From: Stramenopiles sp. TOSAG23-2
Lineage: Eukaryota
Reading direction: 5' to 3'
Length of the DNA: 42,844 bases
Assembly (NCBI GenBank): GCA_900128395.1
Contig: LT649298.1
Coordinates: 1-42,844 of the forward strand
The stretch's first letter is position 1. Each line of letters opens with the position of its first letter. The notes beneath the pieces are model-generated. The model ran no database searches. It was given only the letters and a program-made list of their open reading frames with translations, and was not told the DNA's origin. Positions 21,281 through 32,768 of this stretch are shown in pieces. The position numbers and the translations under genes were made by a program.

Positions 21281-22714
21281 TTATACGATATTAAACATAT
21301 GCATATGTTTTCTATGATGTTGATTATAATAAGTTTTATGATGATCGTTATGTTTTGATAACATCATTGATGAACGTTTATGAATTAATCTGATCTCAGA
21401 TCCATATTTTGATAGATTTTTTTCACCTCTTTCTTCTATCTCTACAACTTTTAATCCTCGATCAACTAGTTTTCCCATTGCATAAAACCGAAATATCATT
21501 GCCGGTGTATAAAAAACAAAACTGGCCAATAAACAAACCGTATTAAAATGCTCCGGGCCTCTAAATTTTGGTGATATTTCAACTGTAGTTAACACAACTT
21601 CCATTACTAAACAAATTAAGGTTACAACAGCTAATCCTAATTCTAAAATGCTTGTACGGGCATTTAAAATGTCATAAACAGATAATCGGCATACTCTTAA
21701 CAAAATTTGTGATGTTAATACAAGGATCACTGGTTCTACTGCTTGCAACATTGTATATAGAGCATGAAATTTTAATGGTACTTCCGCTTCAATTGAAGCT
21801 TGCAATTTCATATCAGCCCCGGTAACAACGATGCGTGGGTAATAGTATTCTGTTTTACTAATCAATTTTCCATCAATCTCAATATCATTTGTACAATTGC
21901 CGTACATCCACGTATATTGGCGATCTTTACTAGTTTTATCATCAGTAGGCAATGTTGCCCCAGGCATGTAAGTGCAAGTTTGTACATGTAGTTCAGGGTA
22001 ATTGAATGCCATGCTAAATGTTTCAAAAGATAATATTGCTATTACTGGTACTATAGATACTAGTTTTCCGACTAACTGTGTTGATAATAAATTTAAATCT
22101 TCTTGATGCGTGTATTGTAAAATTTTTGCAAATTTTGTTAATACATGTGCTATATAATAAAATAGAGGGATTGTTATTATGTTAATAAACCAAAAATAGC
22201 CTCCATATCGTTTATCAACTAGTTGTTGGCGAATACAGGCCACGATAATAAAAAAGATGTATAAAACTCCAATGCTTATGTATGTGTATTGCCTAAGAAG
22301 TTTCAATTCAAGTATTAAAGTCCTAGCCCATATTAATATAATAACATATATACTAAATGGAATTACAAACCAAGTCAATTCATAACGAAATTCTGTATGA
22401 AATGTAATTACCCAGCTTACTATAATGACCAACGTATTAAAAATCAAACAGGTATGAGCAAATTTTATTACTTGTAATTCTTGTTCCTCTTTAACAATTT
22501 TAAGTAACTTATTTCTTATATCATTATGAAGATGATTTTTATAATGCCACCATTTTTGTATTGTTTCAGCCGCTTCTTTTCTACGTATACGTTCATCAGC
22601 TGTACCAACAAATGCAAATTCAGACAGCTCCTTTTCCTTTTTGTCTGCAGTCAATTTTACACTTATTTTTACTTCGTTTGTGGTTGTTGTTGTAGCCATA
22701 TTATTTTCTGTCAT
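21281..22714 (-). CDS. IQ-motif multi-pass membrane protein
   Basis: IQ-like AAETIQKWWHYK followed by about 8 hydrophobic segments. Family not recognised. Confidence 0.75.
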   Translation of the reverse strand: MTENNMATTTTTNEVKISVKLTADKKEKELSEFAFVGTADERIRRKEAAETIQKWWHYKNHLHNDIRNKLLKIVKEEQELQVIKFAHTCLIFNTLVIIVSWVITFHTEFRYELTWFVIPFSIYVIILIWARTLILELKLLRQYTYISIGVLYIFFIIVACIRQQLVDKRYGGYFWFINIITIPLFYYIAHVLTKFAKILQYTHQEDLNLLSTQLVGKLVSIVPVIAILSFETFSMAFNYPELHVQTCTYMPGATLPTDDKTSKDRQYTWMYGNCTNDIEIDGKLISKTEYYYPRIVVTGADMKLQASIEAEVPLKFHALYTMLQAVEPVILVLTSQILLRVCRLSVYDILNARTSILELGLAVVTLICLVMEVVLTTVEISPKFRGPEHFNTVCLLASFVFYTPAMIFRFYAMGKLVDRGLKVVEIEERGEKNLSKYGSEIRLIHKRSSMMLSKHNDHHKTYYNQHHRKHMHMFNIV

Positions 22715-22884
22715 TTCCTTTATGTCACTGTATATATATATATATCTCTCTCTTTCTCTCTGTTTGTATTTATATTATTCTATTTCTAATAATAAATCAA
22801 ATTTCAAAAAAAAAAAAATTCGGAATCAGGTGTTACCTGGTGGCCAAGGTGTAAGTCCAGGTGTTAGTGTTGTATCCTTAAAAA

Positions 22885-22905
22885 AAGAGTCGTCTACGAG
22901 ACTAG
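22885..22905. repeat. Short hairpin element, copy 2, flanked by a 10-bp direct repeat
   Basis: AAGAGTCGTCTACGAGACTAG, with GTTGTATCCT at 22869-22878 and 22905-22914. Confidence 0.6.
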
Positions 22906-23236
22906 TTGTATCCTATGCTAAATAGCAAATCCAGAGAGATAACGCAAATCGATGAAAAAAACCCTTAAATTTAGCGTAAAATATCATAATAGAAGAAGAA
23001 AGAAGAAACTCACTATCATCATATATTCTTTTTTAAAAACGTGTACATTTGTTAGTGGAGAGAGTAAAAGTGAATCATCATATACATAATAATTTCAATA
23101 ATACATTGTTCTTCGATAAAAAAAACATCATTATCATTATCAAGTTAAGTGGCAACCCTTATCAAATAAATTACATTCGATTAATATTTTTATATATTTT
23201 ATATAATTTTATTTATTTTGTATCTTTCTATCATTT

Positions 23237-24081
23237 ATGTCTCTTCCTTTACGATTGTGGGCACCTCCACATTTAGAAAGACAATTAAATAAATTAGGTT
23301 CATCATTTAGAAATCATGTATTAGATATTAATCTTCAACAAAATAATAAAACAGTAACAATTGTTTTAGATGATTATGGAATATTAGGGATAGTTGTTGA
23401 TTCAAACGACCAGACTTTAAATAAATACGTCAAATTCTCAGGGAATAACAAGGTTTTATCTAATAACTTAACGCAAAGCATTGTAAATGAGCATTTTTTA
23501 TTGACAGCGTCTGAAATTTCAGAAATTAGTTTTATTTTGGTGAGAGCAAATAGTAATAGTTCAATATTTGTACCAATTGGTAGTGGACAAATTAATTTTA
23601 ATGAATCAATTGCACGTAATCATCTTGAAGAAAGAAAGAAAAAGACTTTACACTCACCGGTTGCTAAGAAGATTGTCAACGGTATTTATGAATATTACAA
23701 AACACAGATTTTAGAACCCTCTGTTCGTGGGTTTTTATTTATCCTGGAAAAACAATTTCCAAGAAATGATTTATATTTATTTGAATTGCTGCAAAATGCT
23801 GTTGATGATGGGGCATCTTTTGTCAGCTTTAAGTGCATGCACAATTTAAATGGTGGGACTGTTCGCGTTACGCACAATGGGCGTAGATTCACACCTTTAG
23901 ATGTAATAGGCTTATCTAGTGTTGGTTTATCAACGAAGACATCTAATCGTACTGTTGGTTTTATGGGAATTGGATTTAAAGCTGTATATAAGCGTTTTCA
24001 TCGTGTGCATATATCCGATGGAACTTTTAGTTTTCAATTTGAAAATCCACAAAGTAAAAACAACAATAATAATAATAATAA

Positions 24082-24114
<33 letters not shown>

Positions 24115-27100
24115 CAGCGGCAGCGATAACAACACTGGCCGTAAAGGGAAATCGAATCATGGCTGGGTAATGTTGCCACATTGGATTGAAAATAAACATG
24201 TTAAAAGAGATATTGCTGACAGAGCTTTATGGTGTCAATTTGATTTATCTAGATGTGTTGGTGGCATCAGCGCAGCTGAAAAAGATTTGCAATATATTCC
24301 ATTTACTTGTCCACCGCTACTTGGACGTACAGCATTGAAAAATAGTAATGATACGAATGTAAATACATGGACACTTGATTGGAATGGAAAACAATTCCAA
24401 GTTACAAATTCGACTATGGCCAATAATATTGATAATGGTGGGAAACAAGCCGTTTCATATTCAGATACATCAGAAAAATATATAGTTCATGAATTAAATA
24501 ATAATGGGGGGAAAATTAAGACATCGGAATGGATATTTATAAAAACAAAATTTAAACCAGGTAATAGCGCGATTAACGCATTTGCTACTCACACCAAAAA
24601 ACAATATGGATCAAATGGGGAAGAGGTATGTATATTTTTTAAATTGAGCTCAAAGTCTGGGGCTCCTCTTCGCCCGAAATACAATAGTAATAGCAGTAAA
24701 AAATCTGTTAGCAAGAAATATAATAATAGTAGCAAGAATAATGTGAATAATAATACTAGAAATTATATCAATGGCGGAGGCCTTTTACATTCCGTCCTTC
24801 CAACAAAGATTAAATTGCCATTTGGATTTCATTTACAAGCCAGTTGGCTATTATCTGTTGATCGGCAAGACATACAAGATTCTTTTGAAAATGATTGGAA
24901 TCGTGAACTTATACAACAAATTCCTGATTTATTATTATATTACTTGAATTGGATTAAACAAAATGTAGAAACAAATGATCCAAGAGTATTGTTACAAACT
25001 TACGAAATGTTTCCGTGTGATAATATTGAAAGAAGTCGAAAAAATCAACCATGTATTTTGAAATTAATTGGTGTACCAACTAATTTAAATTTAATAGAAA
25101 AGGCACTATTGACTACAAAATTATTGCCAGTACGTAAAAATATCGATGACAACGGTGAGGATAAGAAACATAAATTAACAATAGATTCGTACGAATTTGT
25201 GGAAGGGAGTAATTGTATACTATTGCCTGAAAGTTTTATCAAAAGTTTGAATGTCAACTTTTTAAAGTCATGGCTTGTTTTTCATCCGGTTGATACAGTA
25301 GCGTTAGGTCAGTCATTCAGTTCATGCGCACTATTTGATAAAATTAGAGTATTGACACCTGAAATCTTTAAATCTAGAGCTCAATCATTGTCTATGTTGT
25401 TTGTAAAATATGGTGTAAGTCACTTTATTGATTTATATGTAGCGTTTGGAGAAGCAATAGCTACTGTAAATGGTGGTGATGGTGGAGGAGGTATTAAGAA
25501 CAATAGTTCAATCGTGAAAAATATGGTGATGGATGATGATATTGACAAAAATGAAAGTAATAGTAGTAGTGCAAGCAATATCGGAAGTTTTCTAGAGAAT
25601 ATAGAACAATGGTATATATTTCCATCCATTGGAAATAACGTTGTCAGTTGTAACGATCTTCGATTTCCAGATGACGAATACCATAAACTATCAATTGAAC
25701 AACAACAAATTTTGCAAAAGTATATCACAAGGCCAAAGGATTATGTCGAAAAACTTGAAAAGTATAACCAAGACCTTCGTCGTTATAACAACGAAGAGGA
25801 GGAGCGGAACAGGCGCAATAATAACAATAATAGAAGAAATTATTACAATAAGAAAGGAAAAAGGCGTGGTGGATACAATCCAAATAATAGAAGCAATAGA
25901 GCACAAATAGGTACTAAACCAAAGAAGCCTAGAGAGCCTACTATGGTGCATCAAGAATTGTGGACTGAAATGAATAAGATTGTATCTGATTCAGTATCAT
26001 CTTCTTATACGAACTTCCATGTAAAGAAATACATGTCAATTTTCTTAAATGTAATTACTGAAAACTCTAAATCGGAAGTTCAAACCATTGATTTAATTGA
26101 TTCTTTATTTGAACACATTGCTTCATCCAGAGATATGACAATTGATGCGTCATTGGCAAAAACTCTAATTGAATTTACTATATTTAAATATAAACGTAAT
26201 TCGACAATAAAATATGTCTTATGCAATATTGATACAACAAAGGAAACGTACAAACTAGTGCATGGTCATAAAGCGTTTTTATCGCCAATTTATGGCACAA
26301 AATCTAGTAAAGATTTGAAAATTTTTTGGGATAATATTAAAGATATTCCATCCCGCTCGTCTACAATTGCTATAAATTTTGTCAGTGATGTGTATTTTAC
26401 ATATAGCTCAAGTGTTGATTGGTTGTTATTATTTAAGCATATACATGTTAATGATGGTTTGCAATTAATTCCAATAAAACAAAGTTACAGCAAGCGTCAA
26501 TTGACGGAAACAAAACGAGCTGCAAAGGAAAAAATTGAGATTAGAAAATCAAAAAAAGAAGTCACTTTACCTTATGGTCTTGGAAATTTATCACATAAAA
26601 CGGGAAGGGTTGATATTGATATTGATTTTGCTGATATATTCATTTGGTTTTTAGAACAAACTTCTACCCAACTAGTAATAAATCGAAAAAGGAAGAAAGT
26701 GAGTGCAGACAGCAAGGATAGAAAACATAATAACAGTAGCAGTAGCACTAACAAAGATGAATATGGGCTTGGACAACTTCTTGTAGCAGCTAATGCTTTT
26801 GCATCTTTACTTGGATATCTTGAATTAGATTTGGATATATTTGAGTTTGAGGGGTTTTTAAATGAAAATAGAAAGCAAATACGCATACGCCGTGAATTAA
26901 GACCATGTGTTGATGGAATATTAGATACTGGAACAGATGGGAGTGTTCCAATACCTTTGATAGTAAATACAAAAAGCATACCTACTAGAAAGCGAATATT
27001 TTACTTACCACCGAAGAAACCTGGTGTTTCGATACTTGATTCAGGAGATAATGCAAAATGGATTGATAGGCTAATTCATAATTCATGGGTACCAGTTAAA

Positions 27101-29638
27101 GAAGAGAATCAAAAAATTACGCTTGTCTCACCACCTGCTGCTCAATTTGTTAAACCTCGGGAAAAACTGATATCACACTTGAAGGAAATAGATTTACCTT
27201 TCAATATTTTACACTCTTTATTAAAAAGCAAATTGTATGAAATTGTGGAATTCCAATCTAAAAATCCACCTAGTCCTATGGAATCATTTTTGACATTTGC
27301 TAAAAGGGTAGAAGCAGTTGGATCTACAACTTTAAGTGTTGAAGAAATTACATCAATTTGGTTAAATTTATTTAAAGAAGATGACACCCATATTTTATCT
27401 GCACAAGACAAGTTACTTATCAAAATAAAAAGTAAAAAAACTGCGTTACTACCATATTTATATTCTGCACCATCGGTTGAGGAAAAAAAAGATAACAGTG
27501 AACTCGTGCTTTTGTCAACCCTTCGATGTTGTAGTGGTAGGAAAAATTCCTTGGGACAAAATGTTGGAGGAACAGAGAAGCAAATTGAACTAAGAAATGC
27601 GTTGATTGAGTCAAAATGGTTAGTAGATTTAAGCGAGACGCCATTAAGTTCCATTGCACATAAAATATCCCCAATCCTAGACTTAAAATGTTGGACAACA
27701 AGTGATCAATGTGAATCATATTTAAATTGGATGTTTGAAACGATGCCTTTGCCAGATAAAGTTCCTGGCATATCAATTGGCTATTCCATGGCATTAGAAA
27801 AATTGCTTTATAATGATAATAATGCTAGACTTCGAAAACCGCCAACAAAAATTTTTAGAAATTTGAAAGTTTGTTTGTATTCAAAGAAAGAAAGAAATTA
27901 TAAATGGGTTGATTTTGAAGAAATTAAATCAAAAGCGGTTAGAGTCTATGTAAATAATAATTGGAAGGTCGAGTTGTTGCTAAAGGACGTGTTGAAAGAG
28001 AAAAAAATCATGAAAGTTGTTTTACCAAGCATTGATAATAAATTTATTAATAATATGAACAACAACAACAATAGTTCAAAACTTAGCATTGATAGTGCTT
28101 GGAGTATTATTCGTGTCTTAGATTTACCATGTTTGAATGATAAAAAATATTTTTCTGTCGGCATTAAGAGTGAAGGTCAAACAATGGAGCTCCCGAATGA
28201 GTTGTATCATTTAAAAAAAGTCGTTGATATTTACATGAATAATCAAGACCAACAATTGGTAGGTAATCAATCATCATCGGCTATTGGTGTGAAAATTCCC
28301 TTGAAATTCATTCGATGTGAAAACTTGTTTAGAATTTATCGTATATATAACGATTTACCAATACGAAAACCATGTTGGTGTGCATGGTTAGGTAGTACAG
28401 CTATTAAAGTACAAGGTGACGCAGAAGATTATGTTGCTGAATTAACTGAAGAATTACTGAGAAGATTGCCTCGTAAATTGGTACCACCAACACCAAAATT
28501 ACTGAATTTATTGTACTATGTAAATGATAAGCATAAATTTAATAAGTTTGCACGACGATATTTTAATTACGTAGACCCAAATGATGTCATGGGAGAAGAA
28601 GAAGAAAGCACCGGAGGAGACAAAAAGCGGAAAAGGGATGATGAAGTATTGGATAATGAAACAAAAGATGAAGAACAACAAAGTAAAAAAATACGTGCTG
28701 ATGGGGGTGGGAATTCCATTCCAGTTTGGATACAGGACAAGATGGCAGGTGTACCAATAGGTGTAAAGCCAGAGGAAATTCCTTCAAGTAGTGTTGGTAG
28801 AGGAAGAGGTGTAAACAATAGACCTGCTTGGATGCTTAGTGATGGAAGTAGTGATGCTGCTACTAGGGTCTCTGGGATCACAACAAAAGGCACTACTAGT
28901 ATTGATAGTAATGACAATACTAATGACAGTAATTCTCCTACTATTACGAATGTTGATACGACTATAAATGATATTGGTGTTATGCCACACGGTGTTTCAA
29001 CAAGCAATGTCATCGGTAGAGGAAGAGGTGTAAGCAACAAACCGGCTTGGATGGTGGATGGTGGTATTGTTCTGGGAAAAGTGCCATCTGCTGAAGAAGA
29101 AATACAAAATGACACTAAAAACGTTTCAAATAATAATAATGGTAGTAATAATGATAAAATGGACATTGAAGAAGATGATGGACAGAAAACTTCGACTGAA
29201 ACAACTGCACGTGAGATCGCCATGTTCCTGAATAGTGTTGAATGTGATCAGTCTGCGCTATCTACATCACTGAATCAGAAAGAAGAAGAAGAATTTTCTC
29301 CCCCAACTTCCACATCATCAGTTGGCAGAGGAAGAGGGAGAGGTTTGACTATTCCAGCATGGATGAATGGCAATAATATGGATGTTCAAGAATCAGAAAT
29401 GATGACAAACACCACTACAACAATCGTGACGGGAGGTCAAATAATTGGGCGAGAGGCAAGTCCAGCAGTCGCTCTATTACCAGCATTAGCATTGTTACAA
29501 GATGGTAAAATGCATCGTGTACACATATCTAATGAATCAATTGATTATGACATTAAATTAATTGTTGAAAAAAGTATTGTGTCTATTGGAAATGGAATGA
29601 GTGTGGCAGTGCTTTTACAAGATAAAAAGAAGAATTAA
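23237..29638 (+). CDS. Large sacsin/NO VEIN-like GHKL ATPase-domain protein
   Basis: GHKL motifs LFELLQNAVDDGA, HNGRRFT, GLSTK, VGFMGIGFKAVY; downstream LPT..KLPFGFHLQASWLLSVDRQDI...WN; C-terminal GRGRG..PAWM repeats. Confidence 0.85.
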
Positions 29639-29993
29639 TTGAAAAAATATTTTTCAATAAAATATAATAATTTCAGATTACTCGCGCTTTAAAAAAATAT
29701 ATACGGTCGTATTAAATGTATATCCTCCCCTCAGTAAGATTCTGTGTATATATCAAATTTCTTTTCATTACCAAAAGGCTTATAATATCCGAGAGGTATA
29801 CGACTCGTATTAGTTTTTTAAAAAAATATACGTATACACACAACAAAATATTGGTGTGTGCCGAGATTTATTTAAATATATATAATGTATTGATTTGAGA
29901 TGTTAATTTCCGGGAGTAAAAGAAATTTATATAATATATGAGTAAGAGAAAAATAATATATATACGTCGTGCAAATGCCAATTATATTGCATA

Positions 29994-31022
29994 TTATAAA
30001 CGACTGTTAAATTCTGCAAATGGAGGATTGTATTCAACTGGATTATCATTTACAAATTCAATCAATAATTCACACATCAATTCTGGTGCATCTTCTTGAA
30101 CAAAATGACCTGCATCAATAATTTTATGCTTTTGGCCTTTCGCCCCTGGGCAATTTGCTATCCATATTTTTTCTCCACCAGTTGATACGTTGTCATGTTT
30201 GCCAAATATTGTAATTAATGGTTTTGTAAATCGTGAAAATACACGTCTCCATGCACCTTTATTTTCTTCTACTGACATATGTTCATCTGTTTGTGGAACC
30301 AGCTGCGGGTATATTCTTGTTGCTGGTTTATATGATTCATCTGGATATGGTGCATTATAAACTTTTTTCTCATAATCAGTAAGTTTCCTTCCTGACACAG
30401 CTCCTGCCATCATTTCTCCCCAGTCAGGCATTTGCTGTGATACAACCGATGCCCAAAATTTAAATGGTTTTGTTGCTACTCCACCACCAATTGGCATTCC
30501 AGTATTTGACACAACAACCCTCAAGAAACGTTCGGGTAAACGTGCTGTTACACGCAAGCCAACCAATCCACCCCAGTCTTGGCAAAAGATGTTAACATTG
30601 TTTAATTTCAAACCAACTACAAGATCCGTCATCCAATTTACTTGTCTTTCGTATGAATAATCGTTTCTATCCGCAGGTTTATCGGACCTGCCAAAACCAA
30701 CTAAATCCGGGCAAATGCAACGAAAACCTTTTGCTGTTAAAATAGGAATCATATGCCGATATAAAAATGACCATGATGGCTCACCATGCATTAAAAGCCA
30801 TGTTTCTTTTGCATCTTTTGGACCCTCATCCAGATAATGGATTCGTACAGTACCATGTGTGTGTGAATGGATATAATTTGGTTGATATGGTAAATTTAAC
30901 CCTTCAAATCGTTCTTCTGGAGTTCGCAATATTTTTTTTATTGGATTTAGTGGCTCTTGAGGTATTACAAACGGTATTGCATCACCATTTAACATATCTT
31001 TCATATTGCTATTATTAGACAT
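29994..31022 (-). CDS. Haloalkane dehalogenase (HLD-I/DhlA-like alpha/beta hydrolase)
   Basis: LRTPEERFEGL, HYLDEGP, HGEPSWSFLYR, PDLVGFGRSDKP, QDWGG nucleophile, FGKHD acid, AGHFVQED base. Confidence 0.93.
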   Translation of the reverse strand: MSNNSNMKDMLNGDAIPFVIPQEPLNPIKKILRTPEERFEGLNLPYQPNYIHSHTHGTVRIHYLDEGPKDAKETWLLMHGEPSWSFLYRHMIPILTAKGFRCICPDLVGFGRSDKPADRNDYSYERQVNWMTDLVVGLKLNNVNIFCQDWGGLVGLRVTARLPERFLRVVVSNTGMPIGGGVATKPFKFWASVVSQQMPDWGEMMAGAVSGRKLTDYEKKVYNAPYPDESYKPATRIYPQLVPQTDEHMSVEENKGAWRRVFSRFTKPLITIFGKHDNVSTGGEKIWIANCPGAKGQKHKIIDAGHFVQEDAPELMCELLIEFVNDNPVEYNPPFAEFNSRL

Positions 31023-31598
31023 TGTGTTGTGTGTGTGTGGTTTAACTTTAATATTTTGTTTGGAGTTGTATATGTGATCCTAAAGGATGAAGAATGTATA
31101 GATATTGTATATATCTCTTTGTACCTTTATATACATAGAAAAGATATTTTTATTTACACATAAGACTTTTCTGGTTTTTGTCTAACCAGATGTGCAGCTG
31201 TAAAGAATTAATCGCCTCAAATATATATATCTTTTACACTTTTTCCGATTTTTGATATCATCTTAGAAGAAATAATATTTAATATTGGTATAGGACTGGA
31301 ATAATATTAATAGGAGAAGGCCAGGAAGGACACTAGCGAGCTACTGTACCTACTGTACCACCTGGTAATACTATGGTACTATAAATAAATCAGTTATACA
31401 CATTCTTCTTCAACTACTTTACCAGGTATTATTTTTTTATATGTTAATGTGTACTATTATATTATAATACATTAATTCAATTATTCAATTAATAACATCC
31501 ATAAATAAAAACCATACTAGACGACTATATCCAAACATATAAATACTGACACCCCACAAAACAAAACAAAACAATATCCATACAAGAATATAAAAACA

Positions 31599-32120
31599 AT
31601 GAAACAAAATACTTCCCCAAAGGAACAAAAAATATCCAAGCAAAAACCTATAATAATAGATGAAATAAACAACCATGATGGAAATGAAAGTGATAGTGAT
31701 ATTTCAGAACATTATATGGATGTACGTCAATCCATGTCAGTTGATGAAGTACTTGATGAAATGCCCCCAAAAATATTTGACATAAAACATGTTATGAAAA
31801 AAAAAAGGAACCAACGTACCATAGAAGAAAACAATGCCATTAAAGATTTTGTTGTATCTGTTAAATTTTTTCGACAAGCTATTCATACTGGACAAGTATC
31901 AATAGATGCAATGGATGATATCTGTGCTAACATTCGAATGAAAGTCTATGAAAAAAACTCAATTGTATTTCGTCAAGGAGATCCAGGAGATGCATTTTAT
32001 ATAGTCGTTGAAGGTTTAACACATGTATTGATAAATCCCGAGGGTGGTTTTAGTAAAACTGATGATGAAAAATTTGCAGAGGAAGTCATGAAAGATTTTG
32101 AAGAGGAGTTGTTGTCGTAG
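31599..32120 (+). CDS. Cyclic-nucleotide-binding domain protein, apparently 3'-truncated
   Basis: KKRNQRTIEE helix and VFRQGDPGDAFYIVVEG; the ORF stops before the FGE...R phosphate-binding cassette. Confidence 0.7.
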   Translation: MKQNTSPKEQKISKQKPIIIDEINNHDGNESDSDISEHYMDVRQSMSVDEVLDEMPPKIFDIKHVMKKKRNQRTIEENNAIKDFVVSVKFFRQAIHTGQVSIDAMDDICANIRMKVYEKNSIVFRQGDPGDAFYIVVEGLTHVLINPEGGFSKTDDEKFAEEVMKDFEEELLS

Positions 32121-32504
32121 TATTGTTTCCGTACATTTCTTGATTCATTATTATTGATAATTGCCTGATAGTGACGATGTTTTATGATATGATTGTTGTC
32201 GTCTATTTAGAGAACATACATAATCTATCTTTTTTCCATTGTTTAACAACCTATCTATATTTTCAATCTATTTTGGACACATTTTTTCAGTACTTTTTTC
32301 ATATTATTACACATCACACGTGCACACACACGCGGTGCTTTTCAAAAAACAAAACTAAATACGTATTTATTGGATTAACACAGTACTACTACCAGTGGTA
32401 TACTACACAGTACAAATTAGCACCAAATATTTCTCCCTTAAAATGAAGGTCTATATTCTATTATAAAAAGTACATCAAAGGAAATACGATTGTTGAATTC
32501 GAGA

Positions 32505-32531
32505 AAGAGTCGTCTGACGACGCAGACGACT
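32505..32531. repeat. Short GC-rich hairpin element, copy 3
   Basis: AAG-AGTCGTCTG-ACGACG-CAGACGACT: perfect 9-bp stem with the same loop as copy 1. Confidence 0.7.
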
Positions 32532-32768
32532 AAAATGTTGAATTAAAATGATTAAAAATGATGTGCCAAAAAAAAGAGACGAAAAGCGAGTGCAAAAAAA
32601 CAAAAAAAATGAATTTTAGCTCGTTTTTTAGGGACATTGACATCCATAATAATCCAGGGAAAAAAATAATATCAACATAGTCGATGTATATATATACTGT
32701 ATATATATTTGAAAAACTTTGAGAACAAAACTTGGACAATCATCGCGATTGGTATATATAATGCAAAG

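Noticed and set aside
18340-24120. (AAT)n, (AAC)n and (AGT)n runs
   Set aside because: Coding poly-Asn/Ser/Thr tracts typical of AT-rich protists.
9140-29223. Numerous antisense ORFs (e.g. 10070-10762, 28567-29223)
   Set aside because: Shadow frames of well-supported genes on the opposite strand.
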